Shown here: in pieces, positions 28,094 to 38,146 of the stretch
Layout of the letters: every line of letters starts with the position of its first letter
Numbering within the stretch: position 1 is the first letter of the stretch
Assembly: GCA_964408825.1 (NCBI GenBank)
Contig: CAYPAU010000001.1
Coordinates: forward strand, 76,789-140,788
DNA length: 64,000 nucleotides
DNA from: an uncultured Gammaproteobacteria bacterium
GTDB taxonomy: Bacteria > Patescibacteriota > Microgenomatia > Levybacterales > UBA12049
Direction: 5' to 3'
Translations under genes and position numbers: made by a program
The notes under the pieces: model-generated
What the model saw: only the letters and a program-made list of their open reading frames with translations
The model's database searches: none
Told to the model about the DNA's origin: nothing

Positions 28094-28190
28094 CCAAGCC
28101 CAGCAGCTACGACGGGTAACCTTGTTAACTAGTTATTTTTGTTATTCTTAGAGAAGGCGGAGATAAAAAAGGATGGGGAAAAATAAAGTA

Positions 28191-28610
28191 TTAAAATACT
28201 CTTCGCCTTCCTGCGATTCTTTCTTGAATACTTTCTCTAAAGTCAGGAGAATCTCGAAAAACAACTGCGCTTTGGATGACACCTTCTATTTGAAGTCCCG
28301 TAACCTTACTGTCTCCTAATTCTTGAATTTCTAAATATACTTGCTGTTGTTGGGGAGACATATGATAAAAGGCTGGATCATGCTTCCATCTTGGTGCGCC
28401 ATATTGCACTAATCTTAAGTCTTCCGGAAATATATCTGGAACTGACTGTAGAATTTTTATAATCTGGTTACTGGAAGCAAAGCTCACTCTCCTTATTCTA
28501 GAACGTCCCCAACGAAAACAAAAAGCTTCCAGAATTTCACTTCTTGGATTTCCTAACTGATCTAACAGACTTGGTGTTTTCTCACCTGTCTCGTGTTCTC
28601 CTTGCACCAT
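28191..28610 (-). CDS. Hypothetical protein
   Basis: 139-aa ORF filling the gap between neighbours; no motif. Confidence 0.55.
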   Translation of the reverse strand: MVQGEHETGEKTPSLLDQLGNPRSEILEAFCFRWGRSRIRRVSFASSNQIIKILQSVPDIFPEDLRLVQYGAPRWKHDPAFYHMSPQQQQVYLEIQELGDSKVTGLQIEGVIQSAVVFRDSPDFRESIQERIAGRRRVF

Positions 28611-28665
28611 ATTATATTACGCGGGAGAAATTATATCCTATATAGCTTATACTTGCAAATTTTGT

Positions 28666-29742
28666 TTAGTCTATTATTGTCTCGGGGTAGAAGGAGGACC
28701 AGGAGTACCAGAAGGCCTGCGTATGGAAAGGTGCCTCCAGTTTTTTTCCTTTTAAGTTTCCAGAGACAGCATTGCCATTGTAATCCCAGACACTTTTTGT
28801 TTCCTTGTCGATAAGTTTTCCGTCTCTTATTTCAAAGGTTAATCTTTTCCCATCAATAAATCTCCGAAAGATTTTATGCGAACCAAGTTCTTCATCGAAA
28901 ACTACCAAAACAGCCCATGGGCCCACTACGGAATTAATTACCTTTTGCCTCTCAATAAAACTCGTTGGAAAAAACTTTTCTTCTTTTCCTATTACAATGC
29001 CCAGTCCATTTGCAAATTCAGAGAGGCGCGCGTCCGGTTGTTTTCCCGGAGGAAGAGAAGCGAGTCCTATATTTGAATTTTTATAGATAATATATCGACT
29101 GCGATAAAACTCAATATCTTTTTGCGGGGAGAGGACCAGAAGATCTCTGCGGTCTTTGATATTTTTCCATTTTGTTTGTTCTGTAAAGCCTATTGGTTCA
29201 AGTCTTTTTCCAGAAAATTTTCCGCGGAAAGATTCACCAGTCAGTTGTAGCCAATACGTATCACTTACCTTGTCATACATAATTAAATTCCCGTAATATA
29301 ATGCTCCTAAAACTCCAAATTCAAGAGTTTCTCCCTCAAGCTCTCTTGAGAAGGCCGCCGGAGTGTTTGAAAGAAGACAATAAGTTATGGCAACTGGTAT
29401 CCCTTCGATATTATCATTTACGATATGGTGGAAGGTCATAATAGAAATAGGGTAGACATAAGTCTTATTTTTTGCTTGAAAGAGAAAAACGTCTTCGTCG
29501 TCTTTTATGAAACTACCAGCTTCTTTTGAATCCACATACTTAGGGTTTACAATATCGGGGAATAAATCCTTCTCAGGCCCTCCCCACATCTCCTCAGCGT
29601 TTAAATTTGTTTTGTTAGAAAATTGAGAAAGCTTTTCAGAAGCTTTAATTGTTTGAAAACTATAGAAATCCCATAAAAAAATTATTCCCACTAAAATAAG
29701 AAGAAGAGTTATACGAGCTATATACTTTCTCAACATAAGCAC
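28666..29742 (-). CDS. DUF3179 family protein
   Basis: GGP.KD..P.I..P, HHIVND, TYC.L, FGV.G.LY..NLIMYD....YW.Q, FWYSW..FYP. Confidence 0.85.
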   Translation of the reverse strand: MLMLRKYIARITLLLILVGIIFLWDFYSFQTIKASEKLSQFSNKTNLNAEEMWGGPEKDLFPDIVNPKYVDSKEAGSFIKDDEDVFLFQAKNKTYVYPISIMTFHHIVNDNIEGIPVAITYCLLSNTPAAFSRELEGETLEFGVLGALYYGNLIMYDKVSDTYWLQLTGESFRGKFSGKRLEPIGFTEQTKWKNIKDRRDLLVLSPQKDIEFYRSRYIIYKNSNIGLASLPPGKQPDARLSEFANGLGIVIGKEEKFFPTSFIERQKVINSVVGPWAVLVVFDEELGSHKIFRRFIDGKRLTFEIRDGKLIDKETKSVWDYNGNAVSGNLKGKKLEAPFHTQAFWYSWSSFYPETIID

Positions 29743-29809
29743 TTTTGGTATTATAACTGACTATTTAGCAATTTGACATTCCGGAAATAAAAAGAATACT
29801 ATAGTATAG

Positions 29810-31462
29810 ATGAAAGGTATTCTTGCGATATTTTTGCTTTTGGTTTTAGGCGCTGCATTTCTTCTAATATCCGGCTCTCCATTTTCCAAAATGCTTCAGG
29901 AGGACCTTTTAAAGAAATTACCCTCTCCCGGAAAATCAACAAAAACGATTATTCTATCCGATGAAGACGTAAAGAAATTAAAAGAAATTCCTCAAAAAAC
30001 AATTATAAAGCTGGATGTCTCAAAGACGCTCGAGTTTGAAGGAAAAAAATATTATCTTATTGGTAAGGATGTAGGAACCTCCATTCTTACTACAGCTCCA
30101 AAGAGTCAAAAAGGATGGGGGGTTTTAACCGGAGTTAAACTTTCCCACCCTGATTATAAGAAAATCTATAAGCCGACAGATCCCTGCCCTTTATATCAGA
30201 ATGCTTCAAATCAGAATGCCCCTGCGGCTCCCTGCGCCAATCATAAAGGCGTTACTCTTGCGGGACATCTTTATGCACTAAAGACAGTGGTAAATCAGAG
30301 CAGAACAGACAATGACCCTATACATGCATATAACATTTTCGACGTATATTACGAGAAACCTATGTTGTCCCAGGCAGCGGAAAAGGAACAGGAATACCCC
30401 ATCTACAATAGCGGCGGAGTATCGGGACCGGTAGTTGTATCAGGAGGCAGTGGGCTTGAGGTCGAGCTCGATGAGTCAGTTACCCCACCGGTTCTTAGAG
30501 TTAGCGGAGTTTTTTTAGGAATAAAACTCCCTAATGAAACGGCAGAAAAAGAATTTACGCTTCAAGGCAAGAATATTAAAACACAAAGCGAGGCAGCAAA
30601 AGAGTTTTCTTACCTGGGGAAGCTAAGCGATATAAGCTCGACTCCTCTTGAGAATGGTGATCCTTCAACGCTTCATGTTTACTATAAAGAACCATATGCG
30701 TACCTTACGGATTTAAATCCGGATGAGCTAAAGAAAAGAATAGGAGATGATCTTAAGTTTGTAAGTGGAGCTGATTTTGGTCAGGCTGAAGATGAAAAGA
30801 ACAATCTTCAGCTTAGGGCATTTACTCCTCAAAGACCTACGATCCCCTTTGATGTGTATATTCTTTCCGATCTTTCCGTCCTAAAGCCTGTATTAGGTTA
30901 TGTAAGACCTACGATAACCAATCTTCATATCGGTGTTCCTGAGTGCCCGGCTCTCTATCTTTATGGGCAGAATGGTCAAAAGTTCACCGTTTCTCTTCCT
31001 CAAGATGCTATAGATACAATCCCTATCACCTCGGACTTTTGGGAAGGAACAATTGTGCCCGGTGGGGTAGAAATCGGAAAGAAATTTTACAATTATTTGT
31101 TTTACACAGTAAAGCCAGATTTGGTAAGTTTGCCTCAAAAAGAAGGGTGGGTGATATCTGAAGGAGAGTGGTACACATTGAAATCAAAATTAAGAATGGT
31201 TGGGTTTAACCAAAGAGAAAGTGAAGATGCAGTTGATTATCTACAGACTGCGGTGCCTCCTTCCCCGTACTATCTTATCTCGGTAAATCTTAATAGCCAA
31301 AACTATCCTTTGTCGATAACTCCAAGACCGGATACCTTCCTTCATTACCAGATAGTTGTAAAGTCTCTTGATAAACCGGTTTCGGTTTCTCCCCCTTCAA
31401 AGATTAGTCCCAAACGCGAGGGTTTTGCTGCTGTAATGTGGGAGGAGAAAATTATTCACTAA
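29810..31462 (+). CDS. Hypothetical exported protein
   Basis: N-terminal signal/TM; C-terminal PALYLY...YNYLFY...GFNQRE..D...REGF...W domain. Confidence 0.75.
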   Translation: MKGILAIFLLLVLGAAFLLISGSPFSKMLQEDLLKKLPSPGKSTKTIILSDEDVKKLKEIPQKTIIKLDVSKTLEFEGKKYYLIGKDVGTSILTTAPKSQKGWGVLTGVKLSHPDYKKIYKPTDPCPLYQNASNQNAPAAPCANHKGVTLAGHLYALKTVVNQSRTDNDPIHAYNIFDVYYEKPMLSQAAEKEQEYPIYNSGGVSGPVVVSGGSGLEVELDESVTPPVLRVSGVFLGIKLPNETAEKEFTLQGKNIKTQSEAAKEFSYLGKLSDISSTPLENGDPSTLHVYYKEPYAYLTDLNPDELKKRIGDDLKFVSGADFGQAEDEKNNLQLRAFTPQRPTIPFDVYILSDLSVLKPVLGYVRPTITNLHIGVPECPALYLYGQNGQKFTVSLPQDAIDTIPITSDFWEGTIVPGGVEIGKKFYNYLFYTVKPDLVSLPQKEGWVISEGEWYTLKSKLRMVGFNQRESEDAVDYLQTAVPPSPYYLISVNLNSQNYPLSITPRPDTFLHYQIVVKSLDKPVSVSPPSKISPKREGFAAVMWEEKIIH

Positions 31463-31985
31463 ACTTAAGGTTTTGAAGATTCCGAAGTTGCAATTCTATA
31501 TTCCTATCTTCTTTCGGTCCGTAGGAAACAAGTAATCTATCTTCGTTTTTGATCTCCCTATCAAGAGTCTTATCATCTTTCGCCCCATTTATAAAAAATT
31601 TAAGTGTATGCGTTTGATTTGAGCAAAATACTTGTCCGGTTCCTGTCGTAATACAAGTTTTTTCAAGTTTCATAGGCAATGTTTTGAAAAAATCATTCCA
31701 AGTAACTCCTTTTTTTATGACATTAATAACACTTGGATTACCAGAACTTATAAAAACATCTTCTGAGCGATTATGATACCGAGGATCAGTAAATATGCGA
31801 AATGTCCCATTGGTATAAATAGCAAAAGTAGCTTCAGTTTTGCCTCTTGTATCCGAAGATGGGGTACTCGATATATTATTTGTCGGAGCAGAAATAGTGG
31901 GATAATTGGTTTGATTTTTAAATAACAGATAGCTTGCGCCGGCCAGTACGATTGCTGAGACAAAAAATCCAAGCAAATATTTCAT
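31452..31985 (-). CDS. Hypothetical exported protein
   Basis: N-terminal TM; GVTWNDFF, C..G..FC, LKFFING, DRLLVSYG. Confidence 0.75.
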   Translation of the reverse strand: MKYLLGFFVSAIVLAGASYLLFKNQTNYPTISAPTNNISSTPSSDTRGKTEATFAIYTNGTFRIFTDPRYHNRSEDVFISSGNPSVINVIKKGVTWNDFFKTLPMKLEKTCITTGTGQVFCSNQTHTLKFFINGAKDDKTLDREIKNEDRLLVSYGPKEDRNIELQLRNLQNLKFSE

Positions 31986-32044
31986 AATACATTCTATATT
32001 AACACATAGAAAAGAATATCTATTCCTGATACAATTTAAAATCT

Positions 32045-33226
32045 ATGATTGACAAGAAACTCTTCGTTTTACTTTTGGTAGTTTTTATTGATCTTTTGGG
32101 ATTTGGAATAGTAATACCCATACTCCCTATCTTAATTGAAAGAATCGGTGGGGGAGCATTTATGGTAGGAGTTATAATCTCCATTTTTTCTCTTTTCCAG
32201 TTTATTTTTGCTCCCATACTTGGAAGACTGTCTGATAAATACGGCAGAAGACCAATCCTTATACTGACTGCTTTTATAAATTCTTTATCTTATTTCCTGA
32301 TTTTCTTTTCACAAAGTTTATTTATTATCCTCGCTGCCCGAATTATTGCAGGTATCGGAAGTGCCAATCTCTCGGTTGCTACAGCCTATGTTGCAGATAC
32401 ATCCAAGTCCCATGAAAGAACAAAAAAGATGGCATTAATCGGTTCAATATTTGGATTGGGTTTCATCATAGGCCCTCTTATAGGAGGAGTCGCATCTGAA
32501 AAAATTTCAACAAGCGCACCCTTTTTGATACCGGCGATTTTGTCATTAGTCAATACTGTTTTAATGTTCTTTGTCTTACCCGAATCAAATAAAATTCTTC
32601 AAAAGCATATAAAAATCGAGCTTTTTAGCTTAAGAGTTACCAGAGAAGTATTGCGTCCCAAGAATATGTCTTTCCTTCTTTTTCTTTTCTTCTTTGCAAA
32701 TTTGGCCCTTGCACTTATTATAGGCGTCTTTCCTCTGTTCTCACATGAGAGGTTCGGCTGGAATGAAGCTCAAAACGGTTACTACTTCGGTCTTATAGGA
32801 GTGGGGTCTTTTATAACTCAGGCATTTTTAATAAGATTTCTCTTGAAAAGATTTGACGAGACACAACTTATTAGACTTTCTCTTTTGGTTTTTGGTATCT
32901 CTATACTAATAGTAGGGTTTTCCCATTGGGGACTTTTGACGCTTTTTATCGGGCCATTTACTTCTTTTGGTTTTAGTCTCACAAACGTAAATGTTCAGTC
33001 TCTTATATCTTTAGAATCCAAACAGGACGAGCAGGGGATAGTCCTTGGTGTCGCACAATCTTTTGGCTCTATGGCAAGAGTTATCGGCCCTTTGATAGGC
33101 GGAACAATTGCAACTCTTAATTTGGGAGCCCCCTATATCGTTTCAGGGATCTTTACTATTCTTATTCTCGTCTTCGGCCAGAATTATTTAAAATATATAA
33201 AAGCAACGAGAAAGGCAACGAAGTAA
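32045..33226 (+). CDS. MFS transporter, TetA/DHA1-like
   Basis: Motif A GRLSDKYGRRP, GLGFIIGPLIGG; about 12 TM segments. Confidence 0.93.
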   Translation: MIDKKLFVLLLVVFIDLLGFGIVIPILPILIERIGGGAFMVGVIISIFSLFQFIFAPILGRLSDKYGRRPILILTAFINSLSYFLIFFSQSLFIILAARIIAGIGSANLSVATAYVADTSKSHERTKKMALIGSIFGLGFIIGPLIGGVASEKISTSAPFLIPAILSLVNTVLMFFVLPESNKILQKHIKIELFSLRVTREVLRPKNMSFLLFLFFFANLALALIIGVFPLFSHERFGWNEAQNGYYFGLIGVGSFITQAFLIRFLLKRFDETQLIRLSLLVFGISILIVGFSHWGLLTLFIGPFTSFGFSLTNVNVQSLISLESKQDEQGIVLGVAQSFGSMARVIGPLIGGTIATLNLGAPYIVSGIFTILILVFGQNYLKYIKATRKATK

Positions 33227-33235
33227 AGATATTTC

Positions 33236-33358
33236 ATGAAAAAATATAACTATATTTTATTCGATTGGGATGGTTGTCTGGGAAGAACGCTTGAAGTCCA
33301 CCTAGATAGCTATAAAAGAAACAAAAGAAGACAAAACCTATATGGGGATGCCCTATAA
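33236..33358 (+). pseudogene. Truncated HAD-family hydrolase fragment
   Basis: MKKYNYILFDWDGCLGRTL (HAD motif I DxD), stop after 40 aa. Confidence 0.65.
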
Positions 33359-33362
33359 AGGT
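33337..33362 (-). terminator. Putative intrinsic terminator of the RRM gene
   Basis: Minus strand ACCTTTATAGGGCATCCCCATATAGGT followed by TTTGTCTTCTTTT. Confidence 0.5.
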
Positions 33363-33412
33363 AAATCCTAATTTTTGTTTCCTAATCTAGAAAGAGTTTT
33401 TTTAAAAGAGAG

Positions 33413-33754
33413 TTAATAAGACCTTCCTCCTCTTGAGCCTCCTCCGCGTCTATCACTGCCCCTGTCCCCGCCTCGGAAGTTTCCTCCTCCAAAGTTTTCT
33501 CTGGGGACCATTGGTTTGGCTTCGTTTACAGTAATTGCTCTTCCGTCAAGTGTTTGACCATTGAGTTTTTCGATTGCATCTTTTGCTTCTTGTTCATTTG
33601 ACATTTCAACAAATCCAAATCCCTTTGATCTTCCGGAATATTTGTCTTTTATGATAGTTGCAGATACAACGTTTCCTGCTTGGGCAAAAAAGTTTTTAAG
33701 AGAGTCTTCGGTGGAATCCCAAGAGATTCCCCCAACAAACAGTTTAGTTGCCAT
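33413..33754 (-). CDS. RRM RNA-binding protein with Gly/Arg-rich tail
   Basis: RNP2 LFVGGI, RNP1 KGFGFVEM, RGG tail; SD GGAGGTGA. Confidence 0.95.
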   Translation of the reverse strand: MATKLFVGGISWDSTEDSLKNFFAQAGNVVSATIIKDKYSGRSKGFGFVEMSNEQEAKDAIEKLNGQTLDGRAITVNEAKPMVPRENFGGGNFRGGDRGSDRRGGGSRGGRSY

Positions 33755-33946
33755 TAATTAATCACCTCCATTCTTTTATGAACCTGTACGAACACTTACT
33801 TCCTTAGACAACATCTGTTTATCGGGATATGCTAAAAGAAGAATGGGTACAAGATTACAATATTAGGACCTATTATACACTATATTTTTAGGAAAACCAA
33901 CAAGAATTGCTCTAAGACTTCCCATTCTGTTATTCTAGATATTGGA

Positions 33947-36367
33947 ATGGATAAAAATCAAGCTTTAATTTTATGGTTTAACGAGCTGTCTCTTGCCGAT
34001 GTAGGTTTGGTAGGCGGAAAAAATGCTTCCTTGGGAGAGATGTATTCCAACTTAACAAATCAGGGAATAGACGTTCCTGATGGTTTTGCAATAACGGCTT
34101 ATGCTTACAGATTGTTTCTTCAAAAGGCAGGACTTGAAAATCAAATACAAGAAATTCTTTTTAAGCTTAAAAAAGATGATGTCGAAGATTTAAGAACAAG
34201 AGGGGAGAAAATAAGAAATCTTATTCTTTCTGCAAATCTTCCTTTGGAGCTTATCCAAGAGATAAAAAAAGCCTATCAAAAATTGTCTGAAGTTTACGGG
34301 GAAAATACAGATGTTGCGGTAAGGTCATCCGCAACTGCCGAGGATCTTCCGGGCGCATCGTTTGCAGGAGAGCAGGAGACTTTTTTAAATATCAAAGGAT
34401 CGGATAATCTTTTGGATGCGGTAAGAAAATGTTTTGCTTCACTTTTTACAGACCGCGCAATCTCATATAGAGAGGATAAGGGATTTCCCCATCTTAAAGT
34501 TTATCTTTCCGTAGGAGTTCAAAAAATGGCAAGGTCGGACCTTGCCTCATCGGGTGTTGCATTTACCATAGATACGGAAACCGGATTTGACAAGGTGGTA
34601 ATTATAAATAGCTCTTACGGGCTTGGTGAGGCAGTTGTTCAAGGTAAGGTGACTCCCGATGAGTTTGTAATTTTTAAACCTGCTCTTGAAAAGGGACTCT
34701 CGGCAATTATCTCAAAAAAACTTGGAGAAAAAAATACAAGGATCGTTTATGGAGAGGGTGGTTCCACCAAAGAGGAAGAAGTACCATCTGATCTTAAGGA
34801 CAAATTTTCAATAAGCGATGAAGAGGCGCTCACGCTTTCTAAGTGGTGTGTAAAAATAGAGAAATATTTTTCAGAAAAATACGGAAAGTATCAGCCCATG
34901 GATATTGAATGGGCCAAAGACGGTAAACTTAATAAACTTTTTATCATACAAGCCCGTCCTGAAACAGTTCAGTCAATAAAGAAAGAAAAAGCTTTTGAGG
35001 AGTATAAACTTCTTAAGACAGGCAAGATTCTTATAAAAGGAATTGCGGTGGGTACAAAGATAGCGACCGGCACAGTAAGGGTTTTGGAAACGGCAGAGGA
35101 GATAAACAAAATAAAAAAAGGAGACGTTCTGGTTACAAAAATTACAGATCCCGACTGGGAGCCTGTCATGAAAGTGGCATCGGCAATCATAACAGATGAG
35201 GGAGGAAGAACCAGCCATGCCGCAATTGTTTCAAGAGAATTGGGGATACCCTGTATTGTCGGAGCAGGAAATGCTACGACTATTTTAAAAGAAGCTGGTG
35301 AGATAACAGTTGATTGTTCAAGCGGAGGGGAGGGGATTGTCTATGAAGGGAGATTAAAATTTTCCGTGACTTCGCATAAGCTTTCGGATCTTCCCAAGCC
35401 AAAAACAAAAGTGATGGTAAATATAGGTTCTCCGGATGAAGCGTTCAAGTATTTTTATCTTCCTGTTCAGGGCGTTGGTCTTGGTCGAATCGAATTTATA
35501 ATAAACAATGTTATAAAGATTCACCCAAATTCTTTAATTAATTTTGAGGAGATTAAAAGAGATCCTAAGAAAGCGGATTTAATTGAGAAAATTGAAAGAC
35601 AGACTAGGGGATATCAGGATAAAAAAGAATTTTATGTCGATAAACTTTCAGAGGGGATTGCAAAAATTGCCGCGTCTTTCTGGCCCCATGATGTAATTAT
35701 AAGATTTTCCGATTTTAAGACCAATGAGTACAGAATGCTTTTGGGAGGAAGTATGTATGAGCCGGAGGAACAGAATCCGATGCTTGGTTTCAGAGGCGCA
35801 TCAAGATATTATAATCCTGACTTTAGACAAGCCTTCGGACTTGAATGCCGGGCAATCTTAAGAGTAAGAGAAAAGATGGGACTTTCAAATGTAGTTCCTA
35901 TGATTCCATTTTTAAGAACCTTAGAAGAAACAGAAAAAGTAATAAATACCATGAATGAGTTTGGTTTATCTAGAGAAAAAGACTCAAGCCTTCGGATTTA
36001 TATGATGTGTGAGATTCCTTCCAATATAATTTTGGCGGAGGAATTTTTAAAATTTTTTGACGGGTTTTCTATCGGGTCCAACGATCTTTCGCAGCTAACG
36101 CTTGGCATAGACAGGGACTCAAATATTGTAGATAAAGTCGGGAACGAAAATGATGAGGCTGTAAGAAAACTTATAAAAGAGGCAATAGAAATTTGTTTAA
36201 TGAAGAACAAATATATAGGAATCTGCGGGCAGGCTCCTTCCGATTTCCCGGATTTTACAGAGTTTCTTATTAAAAACAAAATAGACAGTATTTCCCTTAA
36301 TCCCGATTCGATTCTCAGAATGCTAAATGTAATCTTTCAAGCCGAGAGGAAGATTTCCGATCTGTAA
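33947..36367 (+). CDS. ppsA: Phosphoenolpyruvate synthase
   Basis: VGGKNASLGEM, AVRSSATAEDLP, DIEWAKDG, QARPET, GGRTSHAAI, GFSIGSNDL motifs. Confidence 0.97.
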   Translation: MDKNQALILWFNELSLADVGLVGGKNASLGEMYSNLTNQGIDVPDGFAITAYAYRLFLQKAGLENQIQEILFKLKKDDVEDLRTRGEKIRNLILSANLPLELIQEIKKAYQKLSEVYGENTDVAVRSSATAEDLPGASFAGEQETFLNIKGSDNLLDAVRKCFASLFTDRAISYREDKGFPHLKVYLSVGVQKMARSDLASSGVAFTIDTETGFDKVVIINSSYGLGEAVVQGKVTPDEFVIFKPALEKGLSAIISKKLGEKNTRIVYGEGGSTKEEEVPSDLKDKFSISDEEALTLSKWCVKIEKYFSEKYGKYQPMDIEWAKDGKLNKLFIIQARPETVQSIKKEKAFEEYKLLKTGKILIKGIAVGTKIATGTVRVLETAEEINKIKKGDVLVTKITDPDWEPVMKVASAIITDEGGRTSHAAIVSRELGIPCIVGAGNATTILKEAGEITVDCSSGGEGIVYEGRLKFSVTSHKLSDLPKPKTKVMVNIGSPDEAFKYFYLPVQGVGLGRIEFIINNVIKIHPNSLINFEEIKRDPKKADLIEKIERQTRGYQDKKEFYVDKLSEGIAKIAASFWPHDVIIRFSDFKTNEYRMLLGGSMYEPEEQNPMLGFRGASRYYNPDFRQAFGLECRAILRVREKMGLSNVVPMIPFLRTLEETEKVINTMNEFGLSREKDSSLRIYMMCEIPSNIILAEEFLKFFDGFSIGSNDLSQLTLGIDRDSNIVDKVGNENDEAVRKLIKEAIEICLMKNKYIGICGQAPSDFPDFTEFLIKNKIDSISLNPDSILRMLNVIFQAERKISDL

Positions 36368-36371
36368 AAAT

Positions 36372-36782
36372 TTACTGCATTCTTTCCAGAAATTCGGCTG
36401 GTGTTAGGATGCTGATCTTTTTATACTCGCCTAATTCCAAAAGCTCTTTGTCCCCCGTAACGATATATTGACACCTTCCTTCTATCGCCGCCTCAAGAAC
36501 TCTGTTGTCATCCTTATCTTCAGTAATGTTTAGCGTCGTGCTTGGATGAACTTTTTTAAAATTTTTTTTAATAATTCTTTCAAATTGATCAATTCTTCTG
36601 GTTTCGAAATTAAACTTTTTGGCTAGTGTTTCTACGAGTTCTGATATTAAAACAGGGGAAGTTATTGCAATAATTTTCCCCTCAATCACTAAATCGTAAA
36701 TCTTCTGAGGTTTTCCTCCAAAAACATGCGCTGAGATAAGAACATTTGTGTCTAAGAGGACTCTAGGAGGATTTTTTGCCAT
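36372..36782 (-). CDS. PIN-domain toxin (VapC/PIN_3-like)
   Basis: VLLDTNVLIS, D.DDNRVLEAA, IVTGDKELL; start reassigned to ATG 36782. Confidence 0.92.
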   Translation of the reverse strand: MAKNPPRVLLDTNVLISAHVFGGKPQKIYDLVIEGKIIAITSPVLISELVETLAKKFNFETRRIDQFERIIKKNFKKVHPSTTLNITEDKDDNRVLEAAIEGRCQYIVTGDKELLELGEYKKISILTPAEFLERMQ

Positions 36783-37014
36783 GCCTATACTCCCAGACAA
36801 TTTTATTTACATCTTCCTCGCTTTTAATGCCCATCTTCTTACCAACAGTCTTTCCATATGCTAAAAGATCATCCCACTCCTGTTTTTTTTCCAAATACGA
36901 TCTTAAAGCTTCTCTGATAAGCTCACTTCTGTTTCTATATTCTTTTTTAGCCCTTTTATCTACTTCTTTTATTAGTTCTCTAGGCAGAGCAATATTTAAA
37001 GTTTTTGTTTGCAT
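36763..37014 (-). CDS. Ribbon-helix-helix (CopG-like) antitoxin
   Basis: TLNIALP..LIKEVD..AK...NRSELIREALR; overlaps the PIN gene. Confidence 0.9.
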   Translation of the reverse strand: MQTKTLNIALPRELIKEVDKRAKKEYRNRSELIREALRSYLEKKQEWDDLLAYGKTVGKKMGIKSEEDVNKIVWEYRHGKKSS

Positions 37015-37037
37015 AGATTCGATCCCCTCACTACAAG

Positions 37038-37075
37038 TATACAAGTATTGTATATATTTTGTATTTACTTGTCAA
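37038..37075 (-). promoter_or_regulatory. Sigma70 promoter with overlapping operator palindrome for the TA operon
   Basis: Minus strand TTGACA-17-TACAAT; inverted repeat TATACAA-GTA-TTGTATA (37038-54) covers the -10. Confidence 0.75.
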
Positions 37076-37099
37076 TAGTTATTGTTTTAGTATATTAGT

Positions 37100-38146
37100 T
37101 TATTGCATTCCGAGGTAAGAGAGGCGGTTGTATTTAGCGACTCTTTCTCCTCTGTCCATTCCTCCGAATTTTACGAAGTCCGCATCAACCCACAGCGCAA
37201 AATCTACGATCCAGTCATCTATGGTTTCCTCTCCTCTATGGGACACAATAATTTTAAGTTTGGCTTTTTTGGCAATTCTAACTGCTTCAAGGGTTCCCGA
37301 GATAGTTCCGTTTTGATTGGGTTTTATTACTGCCGCATTTATCGCTTTAAAATCTATGGCTTTTTGAAGCCTTTTTGGATTTGTAGCTGTTAAATCATCC
37401 CCAACTATCATTATTTTTTCGGAAAACCTTGAGCAGAAAGAAATCCACTCCTCCCAATCTTCATCGGGAAAAGGGTCCTCTATGGATTTTATATTATAAT
37501 TTGAGACAAGCATGTCGAAATTTACCACTTGTCCTTCCCCAAAATTTGCTGCAGCATCCACGGCAATTTCTTTTTTGGGAAAAACTTTTTTGATAGTATC
37601 AAGTGCGATAATATTATCAAAACCTACGGGAGAAAATCCTCCTTCTGCCCCTACGGTACTTTGCAAATTGTTTTTTTCAAGATAGGCTCTTAACATTTTA
37701 AAGTCTAAAATGGCCTCTCTTAAAGAATCCTCAATTATCATAAATTCTTGCATAGAGATATTGGGATTTCCGTGTTTACCTCCTTCAAAAAGAAGAAGCA
37801 TGAGTCGCGGGAATTTTAAATTTTGATGTTTAGAAACTTTGGATTGAGCTTTCCAAAATGCTCCCGAGAGAGCAAGCGAAGCATTTCCTCCTAAGCCCAA
37901 CTCATCGAGCCTTTTGTCAAGTTCTTCCTGTGTCCATCTTTTATTTAATATAATATTTTTTATTTTTCTGATTTGAGATATTGCTTCGTCTGCGGTTACA
38001 ATTCTTGCTTCATATTTTCCCGTAGAGATTCCGGCCGGTACGATAAGTTCTTCGGAGGTTCCATTTTCAAGTTCGATTTTAACTTTTATTGTCTCATTGC
38101 CAAGCGATGCTAAGGTTTTGCCTTCTGTTAAGTTTTTGATCCTCAT
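37100..38146 (-). CDS. eno: Enolase, short and divergent
   Basis: PAGISTG.YEA, GGKH, QEFM, GAEGGF, EDP, VGDDL, KPNQ, SHRGEET, ERVAKYNRL. Confidence 0.85.
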   Translation of the reverse strand: MRIKNLTEGKTLASLGNETIKVKIELENGTSEELIVPAGISTGKYEARIVTADEAISQIRKIKNIILNKRWTQEELDKRLDELGLGGNASLALSGAFWKAQSKVSKHQNLKFPRLMLLLFEGGKHGNPNISMQEFMIIEDSLREAILDFKMLRAYLEKNNLQSTVGAEGGFSPVGFDNIIALDTIKKVFPKKEIAVDAAANFGEGQVVNFDMLVSNYNIKSIEDPFPDEDWEEWISFCSRFSEKIMIVGDDLTATNPKRLQKAIDFKAINAAVIKPNQNGTISGTLEAVRIAKKAKLKIIVSHRGEETIDDWIVDFALWVDADFVKFGGMDRGERVAKYNRLSYLGMQ

